DNA from: an uncultured Clostridia bacterium
GTDB lineage: Bacteria > Bacillota > Clostridia > TANB77 > CAG-508
Direction of reading: 5' to 3'
Assembly: GCA_944388795.1 (NCBI GenBank)
Contig: CALXKD010000006.1
Span: 1-56,897, forward strand
Length of the DNA stretch: 56,897 nt
Shown here one piece after another: positions 30,414 through 40,661 of this stretch (positions are counted from its first letter, which is position 1; each line of letters opens with the position of its first letter). The position numbers and the translations under genes were made by a program. The notes beneath the pieces are model-generated. The model had not been told where the DNA came from, searched no databases, and saw nothing but the letters and a program-made list of their open reading frames with translations.

Positions 30414-31928
30414 TTATTGATAAATTTCTAAATCTTTAAAGGCAGGTCCGTATAGATTTTTACCCATAGCATCATAGCGAGAACCATGGCAAGGGCAATC
30501 CCAAGTTTTATCAATATCATTCCAAGTAAGTAAACATCCTAGATGTGTACAAATTGGATTAATCGCATGAATTTTATTTTCTTTATCTCTATAAACACCT
30601 ACTTTTTTTCCATCTAGTTCAATAATATCTCCAGAATGTGGTTTAATGTTTTCTAAAGAAGTATCTGAAGCTTTTAATTTATTGAGTAATAAAGAATTGG
30701 TAGAATCCACAACCATGTTTTTTACTTCGTCAAAATTTTTAAATAAGCCAAATCTTGTAGAATCAAATAAATAAGCATATGGATTTTTTCTTTCACAAAT
30801 TTCATCAACAATTAAATTAGCTGCAACATTAGAAAGTGTCATGCCCCATTTTTTAAATCCAGTCCCTACATATACATTTGGTAATAGACTAGAATATTTA
30901 CCAATGTAAGGAAGCTTGTCTAAAGAGATACAATCCTCACTACTCCACTCATATAAAACATCACAATCCGGATAATATTGTTTAGCAAAATTTTTCAAGA
31001 CATCATAAGGATTTTCTTGAGAATAATTATGACCAGTTTTACTATTACCACTTGCCAATAATAAAATATCTTTACCATTAAATTTTGTCGTTCTAAAGGA
31101 ATAAATAGGAGAAGAAATATTAATATACATATCATTTAATGGGTCGTTTTTGGTATCTAAGGCAATGATATAAGAAGTGGATTGATATAATTTAGAAAAA
31201 TAAAAACCAGGAACATTCATAAATGGATAACGTGTTGCCATAATGACATGTTTTGCTTTTATCATTTTGCCATTATCTGTATAGACTACATAGTTTTTCT
31301 TATCTTTTTCTATATCCACAGCTGTGGTATTGGTATAAATTTGTCCATTTTTTTCAATAATGCTTTTCGATAATCCTAAAATATATTTTAAAGGATTAAA
31401 TTTTGCTTGGTTTTTAAAACACAAAGCACTTTCCACTTCAAATGGCAAAGAAACATTTTTGGTTAGTTCAGCATGATAATCTAAACTTTCTAATACTTTT
31501 TGTTCCTTTTCTAATAAATTGACTTCTTCCTTTTTTGTTGTATATACATAACTATTTTGTATTTCAAAATCACAATCAATTTGTTCTTTATTGATAATAT
31601 CTTTAATATTTTTGATGGCCTTTTCATTTACCTCTAAATAATCTTTTGCAAAATGCATATCATAAGAGGTGTTTAGATAAGAATAAAATAAATCATGTTG
31701 ACTGGTAATTTTACCAGTTGTAAAACTAGTGGTACCAGCTAAATTATTTTTATCGATTAAAATGACTTTAAAACCTAAGTGACTTAAATAATATCCACAA
31801 GTCATTCCCAAAATACCTGCTCCAATAATACAAATATCAGCTTCTGAATTTTTATCTAATGATTCAAATTTTGAAGTTCCTTTTACGGAATCTATCCATA
31901 ATGAATTCATAAAATTCCACCTTTCCAA
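30414..31928 (-). CDS. FAD-dependent oxidoreductase with C-terminal Rieske [2Fe-2S] domain (YhfW-like)
   Basis: IIGAGILG, TGFKKWGMT, CTHLGC, WDCPCHGSRY. Confidence 0.9.
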   Translation of the reverse strand: MERWNFMNSLWIDSVKGTSKFESLDKNSEADICIIGAGILGMTCGYYLSHLGFKVILIDKNNLAGTTSFTTGKITSQHDLFYSYLNTSYDMHFAKDYLEVNEKAIKNIKDIINKEQIDCDFEIQNSYVYTTKKEEVNLLEKEQKVLESLDYHAELTKNVSLPFEVESALCFKNQAKFNPLKYILGLSKSIIEKNGQIYTNTTAVDIEKDKKNYVVYTDNGKMIKAKHVIMATRYPFMNVPGFYFSKLYQSTSYIIALDTKNDPLNDMYINISSPIYSFRTTKFNGKDILLLASGNSKTGHNYSQENPYDVLKNFAKQYYPDCDVLYEWSSEDCISLDKLPYIGKYSSLLPNVYVGTGFKKWGMTLSNVAANLIVDEICERKNPYAYLFDSTRFGLFKNFDEVKNMVVDSTNSLLLNKLKASDTSLENIKPHSGDIIELDGKKVGVYRDKENKIHAINPICTHLGCLLTWNDIDKTWDCPCHGSRYDAMGKNLYGPAFKDLEIYQ

Positions 31929-32044
31929 ATAATTATATACATAGTATAACCAGATTTTTGGAATAAATTATAAAAATAGTGGAAAAATGAATTATATAAT
32001 GATATACTGTGAAACAGAAAAAAGAATATATAGGAGGGATAAAT

Positions 32045-33439
32045 ATGAGTGAAGAATTAAAAGAAAAGCTTTTTGATAAAAAGGAAAATGGTTGGAAAAG
32101 TGTAAATGATGAAAAAAGACAAGCTATATTTGATTTTTCAAAAGGTTACATGGATTTCTTAAATCAAGCAAAGACAGAAAGAGAATTTGTGAAAAAGGCA
32201 AGAAAATTGGCTGACCAAAATGGATTTAAAGACATTATCGAATTTGATACCTTAAAACCTGGAGACAAGGTATATTTTGTAAATAGAAATAAAAGTATGT
32301 ATTTAGCTGTTATCGGAACAGAAAGTATTGAGAAAGGATTACATATTATTGGTTCACATGTGGATTCACCAAGATTAGATTTAAAACCAAATCCTCTATA
32401 TGAAGATACAGAAATGGCATATTTTAAAACACATTATTATGGTGGAATTAAGAAATATCAATGGACAACGATTCCACTAAGTATTCATGGTACGATTGTG
32501 AAAACAAATGGAGAAAAAATCGATATTTGTATAGGAGAAGATGAAAATGATCCAATCTTTACCATCACAGATTTATTGCCACATTTAGCACAAGACCAAA
32601 TGGAGAAAAAATTAAAAAATGGAATTGATGGAGAAGATTTAAATCTTTTAATTGGAAGTATTCCTTATGAAGAAAAAGGAAAAGACCAAGTAAAATTAAA
32701 TATTTTAAATATATTACATCAAAAATATGGAATTACAGAAGCAGATTTAACAAGTACAGAGATAGAAGTAGTACCAGCTTTTAGAGCAAGAAGTATGGGA
32801 TTTGATGAAAGTATGGTGGCAGCATATGGTCAAGATGATAAAGTATGTGCCTATACATCATTGGCAGCAATGATGGAATTAGAAAATGTAAAAAATACAG
32901 CTATATGTATATTATCTGATAAAGAAGAAATTGGTAGTATGGGAAATACAGGTATGGAATCACATATGTTTGACTTCTTTGTCTCAGAAATATTAAATAA
33001 ATTGGGTGTGAACAAACCAAATTTATTAGATAAAGTATTTTGCTTTTCAAAAATGTTATCTTCAGATGTAGATGCTGGTTTTGACCCAATCTATGCTTCT
33101 GTTTCAGATAAAATAAATGCAGGCTTTTTAGGAAAAGGAATTAGTTTGAATAAATATACAGGAGCTAGAGGAAAATCAGGGGCATCTGATGCAAATGCAG
33201 AATATGTGGCATGGGTAAGAAAAGTATTAGAAGAAAACGATATTCATTATCAAGTTGCAGAACTTGGAAAAGTAGATGTCGGCGGTGGAGGAACAATTGC
33301 TTATATCATTGCTAATAAAGGAGCAGATGTTATAGACTGTGGTGTTCCAGTATTATCAATGCACGCACCTTATGAAGTAACAAGCAAATATGATATATAT
33401 TCAGCATATAAAACATATAAAGCATTTTGGAATGCATAG
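32045..33439 (+). CDS. M18 family aminopeptidase (ApeA-like)
   Basis: GSHVDSPRLDLKP, HYYGGIKKYQW, GQDDK, DKEEIGS, SMHAP. ATG 32045 after ggagg. Confidence 0.92.
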   Translation: MSEELKEKLFDKKENGWKSVNDEKRQAIFDFSKGYMDFLNQAKTEREFVKKARKLADQNGFKDIIEFDTLKPGDKVYFVNRNKSMYLAVIGTESIEKGLHIIGSHVDSPRLDLKPNPLYEDTEMAYFKTHYYGGIKKYQWTTIPLSIHGTIVKTNGEKIDICIGEDENDPIFTITDLLPHLAQDQMEKKLKNGIDGEDLNLLIGSIPYEEKGKDQVKLNILNILHQKYGITEADLTSTEIEVVPAFRARSMGFDESMVAAYGQDDKVCAYTSLAAMMELENVKNTAICILSDKEEIGSMGNTGMESHMFDFFVSEILNKLGVNKPNLLDKVFCFSKMLSSDVDAGFDPIYASVSDKINAGFLGKGISLNKYTGARGKSGASDANAEYVAWVRKVLEENDIHYQVAELGKVDVGGGGTIAYIIANKGADVIDCGVPVLSMHAPYEVTSKYDIYSAYKTYKAFWNA

Positions 33440-33489
33440 AATCAATTGATAAAATAAAAAGGCACTATATGAATTGTGCCTTTTTTACT

Positions 33490-33837
33490 TTATTTAAAAT
33501 TAATTAATAAATCAATGATATTATCTACAAAATTAAGTTTTTCCTCAGTTAAATAATTTAATTTTTCAGATATTTTAATTTGTTTTATACTATCTTTATT
33601 TGTCATAAATTCCTTAAAAATAGTATTAGGACTAATACCTAAAATATTCATATAATTTATCAAGGTCTGGGTTTTAATTCCGCTATATCCGTTTTCAATT
33701 CTAGAAATATATTTTAAAGAAATTCCTAACTGTTCTGCCATAACTTCTTGCGTATAGCCCTTTTTAACTCTAAAATCTTTTAATATTTTTCCAAAGGTTT
33801 TATCAATATCACTTTTTGAGATAGAATTCATTTTCAT
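33490..33837 (-). CDS. XRE-family helix-turn-helix regulator
   Basis: RVKKGYTQEVMAEQLGISLKYISRIENG. Confidence 0.88.
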   Translation of the reverse strand: MKMNSISKSDIDKTFGKILKDFRVKKGYTQEVMAEQLGISLKYISRIENGYSGIKTQTLINYMNILGISPNTIFKEFMTNKDSIKQIKISEKLNYLTEEKLNFVDNIIDLLINFK

Positions 33838-34046
33838 CCTCCATAATTTTAAAGTATTATCATAAGTATAACAAGCTGGGAGCTAATCTAGAACACAGTA
33901 ATAATATAAGAAAAAACAAAGTGAAATATTCATAAAAGTTATAAAAAAGCTTGAAAAATATAAATGAAAATGATAATATGTAAAAAAACAATAAGTATAA
34001 CTAAAAGTGATACAATAGATAAAAATAGGTGGAGAAATAATTAGAA

Positions 34047-34361
34047 ATGGTAAAAAATAAAGAATATAAAGACTTTTTGAAAAAAATAATATCTTGTATT
34101 AGTAATGGAGACTATTATTCAGCTAAAGAGCTGTCGATTTTAACATTAAATCATTTGGAGGATGATACTAATATCATGGAAAAAGATTTAAAGAAATATA
34201 TAAAAGCACATATATGTAAACAAGAATTAAGAAATTTAAAAAATAAGAAGGACATATATTTGATAGATAAATATTCAGAATATTTTTTAACAAAAATAAA
34301 GCAAGATGAAGAAATAACGCAAATAGCTTCTTTAGAAGAATTTATTCAAGAAATCATATAA
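34047..34361 (+). CDS. Hypothetical protein
   Basis: ORF with SD ggag and an upstream promoter-like sequence; no recognised motif. Confidence 0.6.
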   Translation: MVKNKEYKDFLKKIISCISNGDYYSAKELSILTLNHLEDDTNIMEKDLKKYIKAHICKQELRNLKNKKDIYLIDKYSEYFLTKIKQDEEITQIASLEEFIQEII

Positions 34362-34511
34362 GGAAGAAAAAGGATATAAATAGAATAATTAATAATGGAA
34401 AAAAATATTGACAAATAACAAATAGAAAAGTAGAATTTGAAGTATAGAAAAATATGGGTAAAAAACTTTGTATAGATTACAAAGTTTTTAATTATTTAAA
34501 GGAGAAAATGA

Positions 34512-35150
34512 ATGAAAATTATAAAACCTAACATTGGTGAAATTCATGAAATATCTGATTTGAGAAAAGCGTTGTTAGAAAACATAGAAGAATATGAAAT
34601 AAGAGAAAAATATATAAAAAATAATGAAGATGAAAACCTTGGAGTAGAAAAATTTGAATTTAGAAATTGTATGTTTGAAAATTGTAAATATATACAATCC
34701 AATTTTGAAAATGCATATTTTTCAGATATTATATTCAAAAATTGTGATTTTTCAAATTCTAATTTTAGTAAAGCAGGCTTTAATAAGGTAGAGTTTATTA
34801 GTTGCAAATTAACAGGGTGTGATTTTATAGAATCAGATATTTTTAATGTGTATATAAATGAATCTAATTTAGTTTATGCCAATCTATCGAATTCTAGTTT
34901 TAGAGATGTAAGGATAGAAAATAGTAATTTACAAGCGAGTAGTATGAATGAAGTTAAATTTAAGGATATTGCATTTTTAGAGTGTAATTTAAATAAAGTG
35001 CAGTTATTTAGAACAAAATTAAAAGGAATAGACTTTTCTACTTGTGAATTAAATGGGATTACAGTAGATATACCAGATTTGAGTGGTATGATTGTAAATG
35101 AATTTCAAGCATTAGAATTATCAAAATTATTAGGCTTAAAAATTAAATAA
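34512..35150 (+). CDS. Pentapeptide repeat protein (YisX/Qnr-like fold)
   Basis: Tandem xxF/Lxx pentapeptides (NCDFS NSNFS KAGFN...). Confidence 0.9.
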   Translation: MKIIKPNIGEIHEISDLRKALLENIEEYEIREKYIKNNEDENLGVEKFEFRNCMFENCKYIQSNFENAYFSDIIFKNCDFSNSNFSKAGFNKVEFISCKLTGCDFIESDIFNVYINESNLVYANLSNSSFRDVRIENSNLQASSMNEVKFKDIAFLECNLNKVQLFRTKLKGIDFSTCELNGITVDIPDLSGMIVNEFQALELSKLLGLKIK

Positions 35151-35232
35151 CGGTAAAATTTGGTAGTAATTTAATGCTTTTTATGGTATAATATATATGT
35201 GTGTTAAAAATAGAGATATCTAAGGAGGAAAC

Positions 35233-35400
35233 ATGAATCGAGAAGAAAAATTTGAGTTTGATATTGCAAATTTAAAACAAGACTTAGCAATAGAAGATAT
35301 GCAGGTTACAGAAGAAGATGTTGCATTATTACGAAGATATTTTGATAATGAAATTACAATGCCTGAAATGATTGATATAATAAAGAGAACGACAATGTAA
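35233..35400 (+). CDS. VbhA/FicA-like antitoxin (55 aa, absent from the ORF track)
   Basis: SD aaggagg; MNREEKFEFDIANLKQDLAIEDMQVTEEDVALLRRYFDNEITMPEMIDIIKRTTM; 14 bp upstream of fic. Confidence 0.75.
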   Translation: MNREEKFEFDIANLKQDLAIEDMQVTEEDVALLRRYFDNEITMPEMIDIIKRTTM

Positions 35401-35414
35401 AAGGAGAATGTCCT

Positions 35415-36011
35415 ATGAGTGATTTGTATGAAGCTAGAAATTCTATATATTGCTATAAAGATAGTGATGTATTAGTAAATAAACTAGATATAAGGGATAA
35501 TAAAAAATTAGAGGAAATAGAAAGAAAGATTGTTTTGGCAAAATTATATGAATTAAGACAAAATCATCAAATAGGAAATTTTGATATGAATCATTTTGTT
35601 GGTATTCATAAGTTCCTTTTTGAAGATATTTATCCATTTGCAGGCTTGTTTAGAAATGAAAATATTGCAAAGGGAAATTTCAGTTTTGCGGAATGGGAAT
35701 ATATAGAAGATGAATTAAGAAAATTACTAAATCAATTGAAAGAAGAAAATTATTTGCAAAATTTAGATAAAGATATGTTTGTTAAAAGATTATCTTATTA
35801 TATGGCAGAATTAAATGTATTACATCCTTTTAGAGAAGGAAATGGAAGAACGATTAGAGAGTTTATCAGACAATTGGCATATAAGAATGGATATGTTTTA
35901 AATCTAAAACATATGAAGCCAAAAGAAATGCTAAATGCCTCTATTCGCTCAGTTGTTGATACAACTGACTTAGAAAGCATTATATCAGAATGCTTAGAAA
36001 AAGAAGCATAG
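35415..36011 (+). CDS. fic: Fic family toxin (class I, FicT-like)
   Basis: YCY..SDVLVNKL, IHKFLFEDIYPFAG, HPFREGNGRTIR. Confidence 0.9.
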   Translation: MSDLYEARNSIYCYKDSDVLVNKLDIRDNKKLEEIERKIVLAKLYELRQNHQIGNFDMNHFVGIHKFLFEDIYPFAGLFRNENIAKGNFSFAEWEYIEDELRKLLNQLKEENYLQNLDKDMFVKRLSYYMAELNVLHPFREGNGRTIREFIRQLAYKNGYVLNLKHMKPKEMLNASIRSVVDTTDLESIISECLEKEA

Positions 36012-36068
36012 AAGAGATTATTAATTTTAATAATTTCTTTTATATTTTATGTATCATAGGAGGTTTTT

Positions 36069-36587
36069 ATGGATTTTTTAAGTTTAGCAAAAGAACGGTA
36101 TTCGTGTAGAGCTTTTTTAAAAAAGAAGGTTGAAAAAGAAAAAATTGAAAAAATATTAGAAGCGGGAAGAGTTGCTCCAACAGCTGTGAATTTTCAACCA
36201 CAAAGAATTTTAATCCTAGATGATGAAGAAAAATTATCAAGATTGAAGGAATGTACAAAATACGGTTGGGGAGCACCAATGGTTATGATTGTATGCTATG
36301 ATAAAAATGTTTCTTGGAAAAGAAAATATGACAATAAAGATGAAGGGATTATTGATGCTAGTATTGTAACAACACATATGATGCTAGAAGTACAAGATTT
36401 AGGATTAGGAACAACGTGGATTGGTTCATTTGATCCTAAAAAAGTTAGAGAAATATATGAGATTCCAGAAAATCTTGAAATTATTGCATTGTTACCAATC
36501 GGATATCCAGCAGAAGATGCAAAACCAAGTGATGCACATGATAAAAGAAATTCTATGGAAGAAATGGTTTACTGGAATGAATTTTAA
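36069..36587 (+). CDS. Nitroreductase family protein
   Basis: RYSCRAF, APTAVNFQP, LGLGTTWIG, LPIGYP. Confidence 0.92.
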   Translation: MDFLSLAKERYSCRAFLKKKVEKEKIEKILEAGRVAPTAVNFQPQRILILDDEEKLSRLKECTKYGWGAPMVMIVCYDKNVSWKRKYDNKDEGIIDASIVTTHMMLEVQDLGLGTTWIGSFDPKKVREIYEIPENLEIIALLPIGYPAEDAKPSDAHDKRNSMEEMVYWNEF

Positions 36588-36634
36588 AAATGAAAAAATA
36601 AAGAGTAAATAATTGTTAGAAAGTGGGAATAGAT

Positions 36635-37102
36635 ATGTCATTTGTAAAAGCAAAAGAATATTTGAAACAATATGGACTAGAAAATAAAATTATGGAGTTT
36701 CCTGTTTCTTCAGCAACAGTAGAAGAGGCAGCAAAAGCTGTAAATTGTAAAGAAGAGGAGATTGCAAAAACATTGTCTTTTATTGTAGAGGATAAACCGA
36801 TATTAATTGTTGTTGCAGGAGATAAGAAAATAGATAATCCAAAATATAAAGCAGAATTTCATACAAAGGCAAAAATGATACCATTTGAAAATGTTGAAGA
36901 ATTGGTAGGGCATGAAGTAGGAGGTGTTTGTCCTTTTGGAATTAATGAAAATGTACAAGTGTATTTAGATACTTCACTAAAAAGATTCCCTATTATTTAT
37001 CCTGCCTGTGGAAGTTCTAATAGTGCAATAAAATTAACGATTGAAGAATTAGAAAAGACATCAAATTATGAAAGATGGGTAGATGTTTGTAAAAGTGTTT
37101 AA
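36635..37102 (+). CDS. YbaK/EbsC family aminoacyl-tRNA deacylase-like protein
   Basis: SSATVEEAA, IAKTLSF, GGVCPFG, YPACGS. Confidence 0.9.
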   Translation: MSFVKAKEYLKQYGLENKIMEFPVSSATVEEAAKAVNCKEEEIAKTLSFIVEDKPILIVVAGDKKIDNPKYKAEFHTKAKMIPFENVEELVGHEVGGVCPFGINENVQVYLDTSLKRFPIIYPACGSSNSAIKLTIEELEKTSNYERWVDVCKSV

Positions 37103-37650
37103 ATATAGTAATAACGAATAAAAATATAAAAAATAAAGAACATAGCAAAATCAATAAAAATTTGCTATGTTTTTTTGAAAAAAATAATTTTTTCGCAAAA
37201 AAGATAATAAAATATAAGTGAAAAAATACGAAAGAAGGTGGTATATATGAAGAAGGAATTTTCAAAAAATACAACAGTTTTATGCTCATTTAACTGAAAG
37301 GACAATAAACATAGAACTAAACCAAGCCAAAATCCAAATACGCTTCAACAAATCATTAATGATATATTAATGATACAGAAGAACATTGAAAAAGTTAAAT
37401 TTTAAAAATATAGAAATATAGGGGTTTTTACGACATTTTTGACAAAAAGGATAAATCTTGAAAGTATTAAAAATACTGAAATGCGAAAACTATATAAAAA
37501 TATCTAATAAAAATACAGATTTTCTTAGAAAAAATTTTTTATTTGTTACTATTGCTGAAGATGAAGATTTATTGACTTTGTAAAATAGGTTGTAATAATA
37601 TTATCATAAATGATAGTGTAGTAATAGTTTAATAAATAGGGTGTGGTCGT

Positions 37651-37965
37651 ATGGGAAGTTTAGGTATTAATTTTAAAGAACTCTTTTTAAAAAAGCATGG
37701 ACAACAAGTTTTTAAATATATTGTTAAACAAATAAAAGAAGAGTATAATGGTAATTGTGATATAAATTATATTGATACTATATCCACAGTTGCTTTTATA
37801 TCATATTTTAGCGTAACTGATACAAGTAAAATTCGTTTATTGGGTAGTATTTCAAAAGATATTGATATAAAAAACATTAAAAAAATTCATAATAAATCTA
37901 TATCTATAATTCAAAATTATATAGGAAATAGTAATAATGGAAATACAAAAAGAGGAGAAACATAA
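37651..37965 (+). CDS. Hypothetical protein
   Basis: ORF with an upstream TTGACT promoter-like site and a downstream bidirectional terminator. Confidence 0.55.
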   Translation: MGSLGINFKELFLKKHGQQVFKYIVKQIKEEYNGNCDINYIDTISTVAFISYFSVTDTSKIRLLGSISKDIDIKNIKKIHNKSISIIQNYIGNSNNGNTKRGET

Positions 37966-38072
37966 AGTTCTCCTCCTCTTGCTAGTCCTTAAATTAAGTC
38001 CTAGAAAACCTACAAAGCTGATTCATAATCGAAACAAATTTTTACATGCTACACAAACTACGCAAAGTCATC

Positions 38073-38516
38073 TTACCAAGTAATAGTGAAATCAAAGTAT
38101 GATGACTGTCCGTTCGTTGTTCCGCTCCATGGCTGTACGTAGATATAATAATCTCCGCCAACGCTTAAGAAAAGATTTTTCTCAATTGTTGAGCCATCTC
38201 CACGTACATATCCAACATCACCTTTAATTCCAACCGGGTTTACAACCCATACTTTATAAGTCATGTTAGCATTGCCAGTTGCTCGTACCTTTACAGTAGG
38301 GTTGAATCCCATATAGCGAAGTTGCACAACAGAAGCCATGTTATGCTTAAGTTCCATCGTAAATGAACTGGAATCCCGTGTTGTTGCCTCTGTTGTTTCT
38401 GCAACAGTATCTTTCGTTGTGTCCTGATTTGTCTCAGCTGCAAAAACAGTTGAAGGTGCAATAAGCATTGCTCCCATTGTCATTACAGCAATCACCTTTT
38501 TCATAAATTTAAACAT
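38073..38516 (-). CDS. Secreted hypothetical protein (Sec signal peptide, beta-rich domain)
   Basis: MKKVIAVMTMGAMLIAPSTVFA/AE signal; SD aaggag; visibly more GC-rich than flanking genes. Confidence 0.8.
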   Translation of the reverse strand: MFKFMKKVIAVMTMGAMLIAPSTVFAAETNQDTTKDTVAETTEATTRDSSSFTMELKHNMASVVQLRYMGFNPTVKVRATGNANMTYKVWVVNPVGIKGDVGYVRGDGSTIEKNLFLSVGGDYYIYVQPWSGTTNGQSSYFDFTITW

Positions 38517-38579
38517 AATAGTTCTCCTTTTAAACTTATGAATCAGCTCTGAGATGCAAGTTATACTTGCGTAATTACT

Positions 38580-38608
38580 ATTATAGATACTACTACATAA
38601 AATGTCAA
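38580..38608 (-). promoter_or_regulatory. Consensus SigA promoter for the 38073-38516 gene
   Basis: Minus strand TTGACA (38603-38608), 17 bp, TATAAT (38580-38585). Confidence 0.8.
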
Positions 38609-38687
38609 TAATTACTTGTAAAAAAATCCTGTTTTTCCCTTAAATTATTAGTGCTTTGTCGAAACCTAATACAATATACTCATTTGT

Positions 38688-38736
38688 ATTTTTTAAACAC
38701 AATTCTAATTAACTGTTAGAATTGTGTTTAAAAAAT
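38688..38736. repeat. Perfect 21-bp inverted repeat, 7-nt spacer
   Basis: attttttaaacacaattctaa-ttaactg-ttagaattgtgtttaaaaaat. Confidence 0.9.
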
Positions 38737-38804
38737 TATCACAATATATATATTGACTTTCATTTTAACATAATATATAATTTGAAAAAAAGGGGGATTC
38801 AATA

Positions 38805-38987
38805 ATGAATAAATTAAGTAAAATATTATTGACTTTTGTTATTATACTTGTAATTGCGTTGATAACTATGACCGTTCTATTTTTTAATATGAAAAATCTA
38901 GCTTACTATAATTATTCTATATACGAATCACAAAAAGATTTATCAAACTCTTTGGAAAAACAATTAGAAGAATATAGACAAAAATAA
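38805..38987 (+). CDS. Small single-TM protein with coiled-coil tail
   Basis: SD agggggg, upstream TTGACT/TATAAT, one TM segment. Confidence 0.6.
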   Translation: MNKLSKILLTFVIILVIALITMTVLFFNMKNLAYYNYSIYESQKDLSNSLEKQLEEYRQK

Positions 38988-39045
38988 AAACTTGATAAGA
39001 ATAGGCATTTTGATCTGTTCTTATCAAATTTTTATTCTATTTTAA

Positions 39046-39447
39046 TTATTTTGAATATTTGGTCCTTATTTCTTCTAGTAGTTCAACTTGTTCTTCCATA
39101 TTTGATACAGTACAAATATATTGATTATCTTTTATTTTATCAAAATACAAATCTAAATCAGAGTTTGGTCTTGATTCTATATTATCTATATCAATATTGG
39201 TAAAACAATTAAAATAAATTTTATAATAAATATCTCTGTAAGTAAGAGGTACTGTTATTTTTTCTAAATTGATTTCATCATAATAATCATCTAATTCCAT
39301 TAATGAAACAATCTCTCTTTTTTCGTTCTCTGTTATATTATCTATTTTAGTAATATCATCTCCAAAAAGATTATACATAAAGGAGATAACTATTGCTAAA
39401 AATATTATTAAAATAACTGTAATTATAGATATAATTATTTTTTTCAT
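39046..39447 (-). CDS. Hypothetical membrane-anchored protein
   Basis: MKKIIISIITVILIIFLAIVISF anchor; SD ggagg before the second Met. Confidence 0.65.
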   Translation of the reverse strand: MKKIIISIITVILIIFLAIVISFMYNLFGDDITKIDNITENEKREIVSLMELDDYYDEINLEKITVPLTYRDIYYKIYFNCFTNIDIDNIESRPNSDLDLYFDKIKDNQYICTVSNMEEQVELLEEIRTKYSK

Positions 39448-39530
39448 AAACTCCTCCATAATTTCATATTATTTATAATAATATAAAAACAATAAATTAT
39501 CAACAATTATATTTATATATTAACTTTATA

Positions 39531-40661
39531 CTATCTACCCCAATATGCTTGATAACCACTTATTATTTCTCCTGTTGTAGTATCTACATAATAGTATTTG
39601 TTCATACCTTCTTTTACATATTGATTATGATCCATATAATCTTTCCATTTTGCATCATGTTCTACTTTTATTTTCCATACTTTTCTTGTTATATTTTCAG
39701 TTTTATAATATGTTTCATCTTCCATAGTACCTGTAAATCATATTTATTATTTTCAAGTTGATATATAAAAGCATTCATTTTTTCTATTGATAAGTTACTT
39801 GTTATATTAGTAATTTCATGAGGGCTCATTCTTGCTCTTTATTTTTTACAATGTTTATGGCTTCTTCTTCTGTTATTACGGCAGGATTATTTTGATAGGT
39901 ATTATCATTATTTATTGATACTGAGTTTAAATATATTTCTCCGTTACAATTCAAAAAAGAAACATTAAAAGATTCATTTTTATTTGGTATTTCATCATAA
40001 TATGTAGAGAAATTTGCAACTAATAATATATTTGTTTGATTTTGAAAAGCATTGTTTTCAGAACTTGTTTTAGATAAAGTATATTTACCTTCTTCTATAC
40101 CTAACTTGTTATATATATCTGTGGCTACTTTGCTAATTTCTTCATTGTTTATTCCTGTAAATCGAGATGTTTATATTTTAAGTCCATACCATTAAAACCA
40201 ATAAAATCCCCATCATTGTCATTTAATTGAAACATAAGACCTACTTCATATCACCATTTTGTTTTTACCATATAATAACTGTCTACAGTTTCATCATAAC
40301 CTCTTTTTAATTCTATTCTATTTATTGTTTGATTTTTATAACCTATTTTTTCTAATATTTCAAGATCTTTTGCTTCATCTTCACTGATTAATTCTTTCTT
40401 TTTCTGTAAGTTCTGTTGGGGGTAATTTATTTATCATTTCTTCTTCTGTATAACTTTTAGGTTCTTTCCATATTTTTTCATATAAATTTGTTGTAGCAAA
40501 TACAACTCCTGTTCCTAAACCTAATACAATTAAAATCGTTGCAACTGATTTTGTTATTTTATTCATTTTTGGCAAGTATTTTCCTACTCTTTAAATTCGG
40601 ATACAGCTATTTTCATTTGTGATTTTTCAATTATATTTTTTATTATTTTATTTTCGTTCAT
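39531..40661 (-). pseudogene. Degraded anti-sigma-factor-like membrane protein
   Basis: Fragments MNENK...KIAVSEFKE*, TM ILIVLGLGTGVVFA and C-terminal YYVDTTTGEIISG, with several stops and frameshifts. Start overlaps the sigma gene end. Confidence 0.6.

Noticed and set aside
36096-36098. Reassignment of the CGG codon to another amino acid
   Set aside because: CGG encodes the conserved Arg of the nitroreductase RxSxR motif, so it still reads as Arg here.
37247-37390. SD plus ATG followed by an out-of-frame FYAHL stretch, reminiscent of a Cas3 HD N-terminus
   Set aside because: Too short and broken; no cas genes or repeat-spacer array anywhere in the window.
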